Assembly: GCA_964459555.1 (NCBI GenBank)
Contig: CAYWNE010000005.1
Coordinates: 5,644 to 69,643 of the forward strand
Length of the DNA stretch: 64,000 nt
Direction of reading: 5' to 3'
DNA from: an uncultured Burkholderiaceae bacterium
GTDB taxonomy: Bacteria > Pseudomonadota > Gammaproteobacteria > Burkholderiales > Burkholderiaceae_D
Within the stretch, counting starts at the first letter, position 1, and each line of letters begins with the position of its first letter. Of the stretch, positions 36,797 through 46,096 are shown piece by piece. The notes beneath the pieces are model-generated. The model worked only from the letters and a program-made list of their open reading frames with translations, did not search any database and was not told the origin of the DNA. Position numbers and translations under genes: made by a program.

Positions 36797-37279
36797 TTAG
36801 TTCATTAAAGCGTTGAGTAGCCCGCCTTCGGCCAATTCGCGAATCACGCGAATGGTATCAACATCGGCCTCGTGATACGCAGAACGACGATATTCGTCAT
36901 ACATTTCATTGGCTTCGTCTTCAGCGGCGGTATGGCTGTCTTCGTAGCAGAAGCGCACGAAGAGATGTTCGGGTTCCGGTTCCTCGATCGTCATTCGCAG
37001 CGTTGAAGGTGGAATTTCATTTTGCGCAGGCACTTCATAGTGCACATAGTCGTTGTGTTCCAAGCGCACGTAATCTGTTACAAAGAGTTGACCATACTGA
37101 ATTTCGCGCGTCATTGAGACTTCGGTGCGATCGGTGATGGCGACTTGATCGATATATGAGACAAACATCTTTGGTGACTCAGCGCGCAGAACTAGTCCGC
37201 GCCACAGTTGTTCACGTGTGATGACTTCGATCATCGGGTTAGAGAGGTCGTTGATTTCGACCAAGTGTTCAAATTTCAT
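36797..37279 (-). CDS. SRPBCC-fold protein (DUF1857/AtaL-like)
   Basis: 160 aa. The N-terminus MKFEHLVEINDLSNP...LTREQLWRGLVLRAE-P..F resembles the DUF1857 family as I remember it. Confidence 0.45.
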   Translation of the reverse strand: MKFEHLVEINDLSNPMIEVITREQLWRGLVLRAESPKMFVSYIDQVAITDRTEVSMTREIQYGQLFVTDYVRLEHNDYVHYEVPAQNEIPPSTLRMTIEEPEPEHLFVRFCYEDSHTAAEDEANEMYDEYRRSAYHEADVDTIRVIRELAEGGLLNALMN

Positions 37280-37357
37280 GTGATTTCCCAGCGAATACGT
37301 GATGCCTCAGTTCTGTGGCATCGAATGAGGCGCTAGTTTACACCTGAAAGCGAGCAT

Positions 37358-37753
37358 TTACGCGGAAGCTGCATCTTTAATCGCGGTGACTTCGATTTCA
37401 ATTTGCATACGAGGGTCCGCTAGTCCCGCCGAAATCATCATGGCAGCAGGGCGAATTTCGCCAAAATATTCCTTCAATATTGGCCAGCACCGTGGGAATT
37501 GATCTGCATCGGGCAAGACATAGGTGACGCGGACGACATCCGCTAAACTTGCTCCAGCCTGGGTTAATGCAGCTTTGATATTCTCAAGGCATTGTTTAGT
37601 TTGGCTTTCGATATCGTCCGCAATGGTCATCTTGCTGTAGTCGAAACCTGTGGTGCCAGAGACGAAGACCCAATCACCGTGAACCACGGCGCGCGAGTAG
37701 CCAATTTGTTCTTCAAAACTTGAACCTGAACTGATGCGGTAGCGAGTTGTCAT
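37358..37753 (-). CDS. RidA/YjgF family protein
   Basis: 131 aa. GYSRAVVHGDWVFVSGTTG...DVVRVTYVL...RPAAMMI...IEIEVTA fits the RidA-fold pattern. Confidence 0.75.
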   Translation of the reverse strand: MTTRYRISSGSSFEEQIGYSRAVVHGDWVFVSGTTGFDYSKMTIADDIESQTKQCLENIKAALTQAGASLADVVRVTYVLPDADQFPRCWPILKEYFGEIRPAAMMISAGLADPRMQIEIEVTAIKDAASA

Positions 37754-37765
37754 GGCGATCTCTTT

Positions 37766-38557
37766 TCAATTTTGGGGAGGTGCATGTGTTTCCCGTATCC
37801 AGTTGTTGATGTGCTCGACGGTTTGTGCCTCGATGCCGACATAACCATGGAAGTGATAGGCTTCGCAAGCATCGCCGCTCGGTTCGCTACCCCCGCGCAT
37901 CCACAGCAATTGTTTGCGAGGGCTATTCTTTAAGCGCTCAAGTATTTCCGGCACGAATGATGGAAAGCAGACATGGCAGGAATCGTTTTCGTGATGAACC
38001 ACCAACACGGGAATGCGAATCTGACCCAGTGCTTGAAAGGGAATTGCACCCACCTTTTTCGATGACACAATACTCGATGTGAGGACGATGCCAGCGAGTT
38101 TTTGATTGCCAAAGGCTATCGCTGCCGCGGTTGCCGAAACCGTGCCACGGCTGGTTCCGATCAGCCAAATAGGCTGCTTTAATTCCTTCTTTGCATAGTC
38201 AACGACCGCTTCAATATCCGTAAGGTGGGCCTCACTGACACGCTCTTTGTAATCAAGATCCTCGATATCACTGGGTTTGCCCATGATGATCAGATTGAAT
38301 TTCGCGGCACGAAAATAGGGAGCTGAACGCACTAGAAAATTGCGGCCATCTGCTTCGCCATTGACCATTTTGCCGAAGCCACCAGCACCTCCCGGCAAAA
38401 TAATCAGGGTCGCCACTGCCTCCTCAGCCTTGCTAGTTACAAGAGCGACAGTGATGTTGGGCCGCGTAGGAATGCGTACAAATTCTGCAGCAAAACACGT
38501 CGCGGCACTGAGGTAAAGGCTCAGAACAAACCAGAATATAGACAGTTTCACTTTCAT
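37766..38557 (-). CDS. secreted alpha/beta hydrolase
   Basis: 263 aa. Signal peptide, a nucleophile elbow GTSRG and a late HHENDSCH region consistent with the Asp/His of the catalytic triad. Confidence 0.65.
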   Translation of the reverse strand: MKVKLSIFWFVLSLYLSAATCFAAEFVRIPTRPNITVALVTSKAEEAVATLIILPGGAGGFGKMVNGEADGRNFLVRSAPYFRAAKFNLIIMGKPSDIEDLDYKERVSEAHLTDIEAVVDYAKKELKQPIWLIGTSRGTVSATAAAIAFGNQKLAGIVLTSSIVSSKKVGAIPFQALGQIRIPVLVVHHENDSCHVCFPSFVPEILERLKNSPRKQLLWMRGGSEPSGDACEAYHFHGYVGIEAQTVEHINNWIRETHAPPQN

Positions 38558-38613
38558 ATGGGCTCCAAACGAGGCGACGTTTGTCTGCGATCGTCACTTA
38601 ATGTTGACGATAC

Positions 38614-39015
38614 TTATTTTGGCGGAATGGCATAAGTGCAAACTACATGCGCGACAACTTCGTTGAGACCTTCGGAATACAAAGAGACTTCACCAACGGC
38701 TTGAGAACGACCAACTTTGAGCAAGGAGCAAACTCCAATAATTGCCCGATCAGCAGCAGGTTTGCGCAAGAAATTAATGGTCAGATTGGCCGTCACCGCC
38801 AAGGGCACGATGCCAATCTTGTTGAGCAAAGCGACATACATGGCGACGTCGGCTACCGTCATCAAAACCGGGCCAGAGACTGTGCCACCAGGGCGCAGGT
38901 GGCGTTCATCGATCGCTTGCCGAACCGTGGCCGTGTTTTCCGCTAAGGCTTGAATGACCACGCTACTTTGTGGGAACTCCTGTAGCAGAAATGCCTGAAG
39001 TTGTTCGAGCTCCAT
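38614..39015 (-). CDS. PaaI-family hotdog-fold thioesterase
   Basis: 133 aa. The HLRPGGTVSGPVLMTVADVAMYVALL core is typical of PaaI/YdiI-type thioesterases. Confidence 0.7.
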   Translation of the reverse strand: MELEQLQAFLLQEFPQSSVVIQALAENTATVRQAIDERHLRPGGTVSGPVLMTVADVAMYVALLNKIGIVPLAVTANLTINFLRKPAADRAIIGVCSLLKVGRSQAVGEVSLYSEGLNEVVAHVVCTYAIPPK

Positions 39016-39193
39016 TGTCGATGCATCCTTTCTAGGAACATGTTTCTCGTTAATAAAAACTAAATGTAGCCTTCAATTTTAATCACGTTCGCTCTGCTCT
39101 AGTTTATGTAGAATGAGCTCGTTAAATGACGAGTCACTGCGCCAATCCTCAGCGCACGATTATGCCCTAAGCTTCCTTTTATGTGAGATTGCC

Positions 39194-40585
39194 ATGTCTG
39201 AATTAATACCAAAACGTCGTGGATTTTTGAAAACTCTAGGCGGCTTAAGTGCCAGTCTTGCTGCTTTGTCTGCAAGCCAAACAAATGCACAAGTGAAGGG
39301 CGCATCGAATTTGGCGCGTAGCAAGACCGCCCAATACATGGGTGACTTTGCCGCGCCTAAGCTTGACAAAGTAAAGGTGGCGATCATCGGCGTTGGCGCG
39401 CGTGGATCAGGCCATGCGGCGCAACTGGCGGAGATCGAAGGCGTGCAGTTCGTCGGCATTTGCGATGTGGTTGAAGCGCGCGCACGTAAATCGGAAGCAG
39501 CAGTCACCAAGTTCGGCCATACACCGAAATTATATTTTGGCGATGAAAACGGCTGGCGCGCAATGTTGGCAGAAACCAAACCCGATGCGGTTTTCATTGC
39601 AACACCGTGGAGTACCCATGCACCGATGGCGATCGCCAGTATGAAGGCGGGTGCGCATGCCTTTGTCGAAGTGCCGATGGCAACGACGATTAAGGATTTG
39701 TGGGAGATTGTCGACACCTCAGAAGCAACGGGGCGTCACTGCATGATGATGGAGAACGTTAATTACGGTCGTGAAGAATTGTTGTACTTGAACATGGTGC
39801 GCCAAGGTGTGCTCGGCGATTTGCTGCATGCGGAGGCCGCTTATATTCATGCCCTACGCTTCCAAATGGAGAATGGCGATTCGACGGGTTCATGGCGCAC
39901 GTTTGAATACGCTAAACGCAATGGCAATTTGTATCCGACGCACGGTTTAGGTCCCGTCGCACAGTATATGAATCTGGCGCGTGGTGAAGACAATTTCGGT
40001 CGTATCAGCTCCTTCTCATCACCGGCCAAAGGTCGTGCAGCTTATGCACAAAAGTCGACCAAACTGACGACACCCAAATTCAAAGAATTGGATTTCAAAG
40101 GGGGTGATATCAACACCTCGATCATCAAGACTCAACTTGGTCGTACCATCATGATTCAATGGGACGAAACCACACCGCGTCCTTATACACGTTTGAACAT
40201 GATCCAAGGTGTGAATGGCGTGTTGGCTGGCTTCCCGAATCGTATCTCGGTGGAAGGCATCACCAGCAACTATCACAAGTGGGCGGAAGGTAAAGAATGG
40301 GAAGCGATCGCGCAGAAATACGAGCATCCGCTCTACGTGCGCCTCGGTGAATTGGCCAAGAAAATGGGTGGGCACGGCGGCATGGATTTCTTGATGCTGT
40401 ATCGTATTATCGAATGCCTACGCAATGGCGAAGCTCTGGATCAAAACGTCTATGAAGGTGCGTTCTGGTCAGCGGTTGGACCACTCAGTGAAAAATCGGT
40501 TGCGGAGGATGGCAACTCTCAAGTGTTCCCCGACTTTACGCGCGGTGATTGGAAGAAAACTAGTCCGTTGAAAGTAATTGCCTAA
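39194..40585 (+). CDS. Tat-exported Gfo/Idh/MocA oxidoreductase-fold protein, GH109 (alpha-N-acetylgalactosaminidase)-like
   Basis: Trimmed to ATG 39194 (MSELIPKRRGFLKTLGG, a twin-arginine signal). It has a Rossmann motif IIGVGARGSGH, and the block MMMENVNYGREELLYLNMVRQGVLGDLLHAEAAYIHALR is characteristic of GH109-type enzymes. Confidence 0.75.
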   Translation: MSELIPKRRGFLKTLGGLSASLAALSASQTNAQVKGASNLARSKTAQYMGDFAAPKLDKVKVAIIGVGARGSGHAAQLAEIEGVQFVGICDVVEARARKSEAAVTKFGHTPKLYFGDENGWRAMLAETKPDAVFIATPWSTHAPMAIASMKAGAHAFVEVPMATTIKDLWEIVDTSEATGRHCMMMENVNYGREELLYLNMVRQGVLGDLLHAEAAYIHALRFQMENGDSTGSWRTFEYAKRNGNLYPTHGLGPVAQYMNLARGEDNFGRISSFSSPAKGRAAYAQKSTKLTTPKFKELDFKGGDINTSIIKTQLGRTIMIQWDETTPRPYTRLNMIQGVNGVLAGFPNRISVEGITSNYHKWAEGKEWEAIAQKYEHPLYVRLGELAKKMGGHGGMDFLMLYRIIECLRNGEALDQNVYEGAFWSAVGPLSEKSVAEDGNSQVFPDFTRGDWKKTSPLKVIA

Positions 40586-40809
40586 GTCTTACACCAATGA
40601 TGCTTCGTTAGTATTTGGGCTTTATTGCACATTTTTTGAAAGACAGTGTAAAGCTTACTATGGTTCACTTGAGTGTGTCCGGCGCGAGTTACATTCGACG
40701 TCCGCGGACACAGGAAATTGTCTTTAGTAAGTGCCGCATACTCTGGAGAATTTAATTGGCATGATGTTTGCAGTGCGTTTCTCTAACAATGATTTCGATG
40801 GAGAAGCTA

Positions 40810-42240
40810 ATGCAATTAAAGATCATTTTTGTTTTTTTCAGTGCTTTGTGTGGCCTGTTATGGCAAGCGCACAGTTACGCCCAGACCAATATCGCGTCAA
40901 TTGATGCGGATGCTAGTCAAGCAAAAAAATTAATTCGACGTCTCGATGTTCAAGCCGCCAAAAGCTTTCCCGCAAATGGCCCCGGTGCTGTTGTTCTCGT
41001 GATGAAGGGACATCAGGTGCTGTTACGTCGCGCTTATGGTCGCGCTAACATTGAACTAGGCGTCATCATGAAGCCCGAGCATCGATTCCATGTCGCTTCC
41101 GTGGGAAAGCAATTTACAGCTGCTGCGATATTGCAATTACAGGAAGAAAGAAAGCTTAAAGTTGAAGACCCTATTCGCCAATATTTTCCAGACGCGCCGC
41201 TAAGCTGGGATGCAATCCAGATCAAGCATTTGTTGAGCCATACTTCGGGTATTCGTAATCTCTTCTTGAATGAGGCCTTTCGGCAGGGTGCATATCTTCC
41301 TCATACACCACAACAGCTTTTTGAGTTGGCGATTAAGGAACCGACAGTGGGGGCTGCGGGTCATCAATTTCACTACGCGACAGTCAATTACACCTTGCTC
41401 GCCATGATTATTGAGAAGGTGAGTGGACAAAAATATTCCGACTACATTGAGCAACATTTGCTGCGAGCCGCCGGCATGCAAGACACGATTTTTGATCAAA
41501 CGCAGGGTCTAGTGAAGGGGGTAGTCAGCCCCTACCAAAATGGGCCAAGATTGGCTGAACGTTTTCATCCTAGTGTCGGTTTTGGAGGAGGTAGTTTTTA
41601 TTCGACTGCAGATGATCTTGCGAAATGGACTTTCGCTTTGCATTCAGCCAAGCTAATTTCGTTGGAGAGCTTGAAATTGATGCAGACGCGTTTTGTGCTT
41701 GATACGGGTGCATCAATTCCTTATGGTTTTGGGCTGCGGCCGCATCGTTTGCGTCAACAGGTTTATCTGCAAAGTAATGGCGATATTCAAGGTTATCATA
41801 CCGAGACCGCGTACCTTCCACAATCAGACATTTTCGTTGCTGTGTTGAGCAATGGCGAATCCTTGCCATTCGGATTACAACCACTGGCGAAGCACTTAGG
41901 TATGATTGTAAGTGATGGTGACTATAAGGAACCGAAGCCGGTTCATGTAGACGAATCTGTGTTGCAGGAATGGTCTGGAGTGTATGCAGCTGGGAATGAT
42001 GCCTATCAGGTACGTTACAAGGATGGAAAGCTGTGGATTGCCTTACCAGGGGAAGGCAAATGGAATTCTCTGTCGCCAATAAGCACGACTGAATTTTTCT
42101 ATGACAGCAACCCTGATTTTCGTCTGAGGTTTAGCCGCGATGCCGAAGGGCATCGACATTCTCAGTGGTTTGAATTTGAGGCACTCGATGATGAAACAGA
42201 TCCGGTTTTGGATTGGCAAGGCCCGGTCACGAATTTGTAA
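40810..42240 (+). CDS. beta-lactamase-fold serine hydrolase (class C / PBP-like) with an extra C-terminal domain
   Basis: Trimmed to ATG 40810 (MQLKIIFVFFSALCG, signal). It has SxxK (SVGKQF) and YxN (YATVNY) motifs. Confidence 0.75.
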   Translation: MQLKIIFVFFSALCGLLWQAHSYAQTNIASIDADASQAKKLIRRLDVQAAKSFPANGPGAVVLVMKGHQVLLRRAYGRANIELGVIMKPEHRFHVASVGKQFTAAAILQLQEERKLKVEDPIRQYFPDAPLSWDAIQIKHLLSHTSGIRNLFLNEAFRQGAYLPHTPQQLFELAIKEPTVGAAGHQFHYATVNYTLLAMIIEKVSGQKYSDYIEQHLLRAAGMQDTIFDQTQGLVKGVVSPYQNGPRLAERFHPSVGFGGGSFYSTADDLAKWTFALHSAKLISLESLKLMQTRFVLDTGASIPYGFGLRPHRLRQQVYLQSNGDIQGYHTETAYLPQSDIFVAVLSNGESLPFGLQPLAKHLGMIVSDGDYKEPKPVHVDESVLQEWSGVYAAGNDAYQVRYKDGKLWIALPGEGKWNSLSPISTTEFFYDSNPDFRLRFSRDAEGHRHSQWFEFEALDDETDPVLDWQGPVTNL

Positions 42241-42268
42241 ACGTGTGACCTTAAGCGCGGAGGCGCGT

Positions 42269-42310
42269 GATCTTCTGTCGCGGGAGGGCAATCCCGCGCG
42301 ACAGAAGATC
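42269..42310. terminator. 17-bp-stem inverted repeat between convergent genes (terminator or REP-like hairpin)
   Basis: gatcttctgtcgcggga-gggcaa-tcccgc(gc)gacagaagatc. There is no clear U tract on either side. Confidence 0.45.
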
Positions 42311-42340
42311 AGCTAAGCCCTAGTGTTGGACGAGGCAGGA

Positions 42341-42760
42341 CTAGTTTGCGCGACCACGGCCGCCGAGCAAGCTGCCTCCGGCAAGTGCTATTAAGCCTGA
42401 GATCCAGAACCATAGTGGCGGTGGCATCATTAAATTATTGGCGACACCAGCGAATACGAGCAGCGCGCCCAAGACCATTACCGCACCTGGCAATTGAGCC
42501 TCACTCCCGGCGATCTTACGGCAGAGCCAACACCCTGCGGCGCTACCCAAGAACCAACCGACGATGACCACTACCAAAGAGCCAATTGGTGCGCTCGCAA
42601 ACAGTGCTCGCATCGTTTCCTTGTCCTTAATGCCTTCAGCTGCTTTCGCCAGGTCTGGGTAAAGCACTTTGCCATTGATCGTCTCGATCACCATCATGAT
42701 GGCACTAGCAAGGACAAATCCGATGACGACAGCAGCGATGTTTTTGAGAACGGATTTCAT
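42341..42760 (-). CDS. hypothetical inner-membrane protein
   Basis: 139 aa with 4 predicted hydrophobic helices. No family recognised. Confidence 0.5.
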   Translation of the reverse strand: MKSVLKNIAAVVIGFVLASAIMMVIETINGKVLYPDLAKAAEGIKDKETMRALFASAPIGSLVVVIVGWFLGSAAGCWLCRKIAGSEAQLPGAVMVLGALLVFAGVANNLMMPPPLWFWISGLIALAGGSLLGGRGRAN

Positions 42761-42923
42761 GTTTAGCCTCCCTTATTTTTTTACTGGATGTGAGTCTAAG
42801 CCAAGCATGAATAGGTTTGGGATATTTTTAGTTGAGCGTAGTGATCAGGCTACATACTCGCAGCTTTATGACGATCAATCATGTTGTATCACCGTAATGC
42901 CATTGCTTGCATTTTGTGTGAGA

Positions 42924-43853
42924 TTAATCTGGGCGGCTCTGACATGCCTCACCATGACGATCAAATTCCAACTCTTTCATCAGCTCATCAATAAACACCC
43001 GCGTTCGGGCTGGCATCAAGCGTCGTCCGGGAAACACGGCCCAGGCATTGAACTCCGGCGAATGCCATTGCGGCAGTACGCGAATCAGGCTGCCGTCTTG
43101 GATATGGCAACGAGCGAATTGCTCTGAGAGTAAGGCGATGCCGTGACCATCGAGCGCGAGCCGCCGCAACATTTCTGGCGAGTTGGCGGTGGCGATGCCA
43201 GGCGGTATGCCTTCCCATGTTTGCTCGCCATTCTTCAATCGCCATGGCGCCGCTTCGCCGCTGCGACCTAGTAGACGCAAGGTCATATGTTCCATCAGCG
43301 CCTCAGGCTCTTGTGGTTCGCTGTGGTTTTGAAGATAACTGGGAGCCGCATACAGCGCCGCAGAGAATACCGCAAGCAGACGCGCGGCGAGCGATGCATC
43401 ATCGGGGAGGCTTCCCATGCGTATCGCCAAATCGAAATTCTCACCAATAATATCGACGCGACGCGGTGATAAATCCATTTCCAGAGTGATCGCTGGATAC
43501 TTGCGCAGGAAGCGGCCGATCATGCTGGAGATCGTTTGATTGGCGAAGTCTGCTGGCATCGAAACCCGTAGCCGTCCGCTCGGTTCGGATTGTCGCAATT
43601 GAGTGAGAGCTAGTGTCGCTTCTACCTCTTCACTAACCTGCTGAGCATGCGCCAAGACATGGTTACCAAAATCGGTCACCACGAGTTTGCGAGTTGTACG
43701 CAGAAGCAAGCGCTCACCCAATTGATTTTCCAAGGTACTCAGTCGTCGCGATAGCGTGGACTTCGGCACATTGAGCCTTTGCGCAGCCTTACTGAAACTG
43801 CCTTCACTGACGACGCGGGCAAACAGTAATAGGTCATTGGGATCGAGTTGCAT
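42924..43853 (-). CDS. LysR family transcriptional regulator
   Basis: 309 aa. wHTH ([44 protein letters not shown]) plus a LysR effector domain. It is divergent from azoR. Confidence 0.85.
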   Translation of the reverse strand: MQLDPNDLLLFARVVSEGSFSKAAQRLNVPKSTLSRRLSTLENQLGERLLLRTTRKLVVTDFGNHVLAHAQQVSEEVEATLALTQLRQSEPSGRLRVSMPADFANQTISSMIGRFLRKYPAITLEMDLSPRRVDIIGENFDLAIRMGSLPDDASLAARLLAVFSAALYAAPSYLQNHSEPQEPEALMEHMTLRLLGRSGEAAPWRLKNGEQTWEGIPPGIATANSPEMLRRLALDGHGIALLSEQFARCHIQDGSLIRVLPQWHSPEFNAWAVFPGRRLMPARTRVFIDELMKELEFDRHGEACQSRPD

Positions 43854-44040
43854 AAGGCTGGCTTCCTTCGAAATCGCGCGATGCGGGGTAATTCAATTGG
43901 TTCAAATTTGGAACAATCATATCCATTTTATGGTCTTCCGGATAGATATTGGAACATATAAAGTGTGCTTACTTTCTCAGCAGCGATCAAAAAAGCGGTT
44001 TCGCTGTTTACCTCAACAGAACACACTAAGGAGCAATATC

Positions 44041-44640
44041 ATGAAAATCTTGCAAATTAATTCCAGCGCACGTGTAGCAGGTTCCCATTCCACAGCGATT
44101 GCCAACCAAGTGAGCGCACGCTTACTTGAACAACATCCCGAAGCGAGTTTGGCCTTGCGTGACTTGGCGGTGACTCCACAACCAACTTTGGACGAAGTGG
44201 CCCTGCAAGCGCTATTCACACCTGCCGACAAACGTACACCGGAGCAAGCGGCGCGGGTGGCTTTGGATGACGCCTTGATCGCAGAAGTGCAAGCAGCGGA
44301 TGTGTTGGTAGTTGGTGCGCCGATGTACAACTTCGGTATTTCTGCCCAGTTGAAGAATTGGATTGATGCTATTTCACGCGCACAAGTGACTTTCCGTTAT
44401 ACCGCCAATGGTCCTGAAGGTCTGCTGAAAGGCAAGAAAGTGTATGTGGTGTTGACGCGTGGTGGTATGTACCGCAACACACCGAACGACACGCAAATGC
44501 CTTATTTGAAAGCTTTCTTTGGCTTCCTCGGCATGACGGATGTGGAGTTCATTTATGCAGAAGGTTTGGCGATGGGCCCCGATGCCGAAGTTAAAGCGCT
44601 ACATGAAGCCCAAACACAAATCGAAGCAGTTTTGGTATAA
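44041..44640 (+). CDS. azoR: FMN-dependent NADH-azoreductase
   Basis: The track ORF 43756.. is trimmed to ATG 44041, which is preceded by [17 protein letters not shown]..., [36 protein letters not shown] and [21 protein letters not shown] align along the whole length with E. coli AzoR. Confidence 0.85.
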   Translation: MKILQINSSARVAGSHSTAIANQVSARLLEQHPEASLALRDLAVTPQPTLDEVALQALFTPADKRTPEQAARVALDDALIAEVQAADVLVVGAPMYNFGISAQLKNWIDAISRAQVTFRYTANGPEGLLKGKKVYVVLTRGGMYRNTPNDTQMPYLKAFFGFLGMTDVEFIYAEGLAMGPDAEVKALHEAQTQIEAVLV

Positions 44641-45028
44641 GCACATCGACACTGGGGAGAACAAGATAAGCGCATTCAAAAAATATGGCACGGCGACTTT
44701 GATCGCTTTATCTGCATTGATTTTGTTGGCAGGCGGCGGCGCTAAATTGGCAGGTGTACCGGAAGTGCATATGAGCTTTGGCATCTTGGGTTTGCCATCG
44801 TGGTTTGCTTACTTTATAGGCGTCTGTGAAGTCGCAGGGGCAATTGGCCTCTTTATTCGACCATTGCGTGCGCTTGCTGCCGCTGGAATTAGCGGGATCA
44901 TGCTGGGCGCGGTGTACTTCCATGTGATGCACACGCCACTGGCACAAGGCATTCCAGCGCTGTTCGTTTTGCTCTCAAGCGTCTATATCGCTCTGCAAAG
45001 CCGAGATCAATTGTTTAAAATGAAGTGA
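44603..45028 (+). CDS. DoxX family membrane protein
   Basis: Four hydrophobic helices and a DoxX-like pattern ([11 protein letters not shown]...EVAGAIGLF...GAVYFH). The start is uncertain: the only in-frame ATG near the mature N-terminus (44603) overlaps the azoR 3' end. Confidence 0.6.
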   Translation: MKPKHKSKQFWYKHIDTGENKISAFKKYGTATLIALSALILLAGGGAKLAGVPEVHMSFGILGLPSWFAYFIGVCEVAGAIGLFIRPLRALAAAGISGIMLGAVYFHVMHTPLAQGIPALFVLLSSVYIALQSRDQLFKMK

Positions 45029-45097
45029 AATTACGGTCGCCCTTAATGTAAGCACAATGCAAGCTCAAGGCGACCTTAGAAAAGATAGGACATCATC

Positions 45098-46015
45098 ATG
45101 AAAACAGCAGTGACAACCGAACACATCCAACAATCTCGCGCCGTCGAGCAATTGGTGGTGGGACAGGCTACCTCCGATGGTGCTGGCGTGAAGTTGACAC
45201 GGGTCTTGACCCAGCCTTATCAATACCGACTCGATCCGTTTTTGATGCTCGATGCCTTTGGTAGTGATAATCCTGATGAGTACATCGCCGGTTTTCCTGA
45301 CCATCCGCATCGTGGTTTTGAAACCATCACCTATATGCTTGAAGGACGCATGCGTCATCGCGATAGTGCCGGCAATGAAGGCTTGCTCGAAAACGGTGGT
45401 GTGCAATGGATGACCGCAGGGCGTGGCGTGATTCATTCTGAATTGCCAGAGCAAGAACAAGGTCGCATGGAAGGTTTTCAGTTGTGGTTGAATCTGGCCG
45501 CCAAAGACAAAATGTCACCAGCCTGGTATCGCGATTTTAAGAATCACGAAATTCCTGAAATCGAAACCGAACAAGGCGTGCTGGCACGCATTATTGCCGG
45601 TCAAAGCCATGGTGTGGCCGGTGCGATGAGCCGTGTGACGACAGAGCCGATTTATCTTGATGTACACATGCCAGCGGGGTCGCAGTTCAATCAAGCCATA
45701 CCGGTGGACTTCAATGCCTTTATTTATGTGTATCGCGGCGAAGTCAGCATTGGCGAGCAACAAGTTCCTTTGCAGCGTATGGCGATTTTGAAGAAATGGC
45801 CTGGTGCAGATGGCGTGAAAATTAACGCCAGTGTCGATGCACGATTTATTTTGGTGGCCGGTCGCCCATTAGGCGAAACGATTGCGCAGTATGGTCCGTT
45901 TGTGATGAATTCGCAGGAGCAGATCTTTCAAGCGATTGATGATTTCCGTCGTGGGCGTTTGGTTGAAACCATATCGAGTAGTAACGGGCAGGGCGTTCTT
46001 GCGGTTAGTAGTTGA
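45098..46015 (+). CDS. pirin family protein
   Basis: 305 aa. Cupin metal site FPDHPHRGFETITYMLEG, plus QWMTAGRGVIHSE. Confidence 0.85.
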   Translation: MKTAVTTEHIQQSRAVEQLVVGQATSDGAGVKLTRVLTQPYQYRLDPFLMLDAFGSDNPDEYIAGFPDHPHRGFETITYMLEGRMRHRDSAGNEGLLENGGVQWMTAGRGVIHSELPEQEQGRMEGFQLWLNLAAKDKMSPAWYRDFKNHEIPEIETEQGVLARIIAGQSHGVAGAMSRVTTEPIYLDVHMPAGSQFNQAIPVDFNAFIYVYRGEVSIGEQQVPLQRMAILKKWPGADGVKINASVDARFILVAGRPLGETIAQYGPFVMNSQEQIFQAIDDFRRGRLVETISSSNGQGVLAVSS

Positions 46016-46042
46016 GTAAAGACCTCGTAGCGAATACAAAGT

Positions 46043-46076
46043 AAAACGGCTCTATGCAAACACATAGAGCCGTTTT
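46043..46076. terminator. bidirectional intrinsic terminator between pirin and the eCIS-like operon
   Basis: aaaacggctctatg-caaaca-catagagccgtttt: a perfect 10-bp stem flanked by an A4 run and a T4 run. Confidence 0.8.
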
Positions 46077-46096
46077 CTTATGCGAAGCCGCTAGGC

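Noticed and set aside
43756-44040. 95-codon N-terminal extension of the azoR ORF (track start 43756)
   Set aside because: It overlaps the divergent LysR gene and the intergenic region. AzoR homology and an AAGGAG ribosome-binding site begin at ATG 44041.
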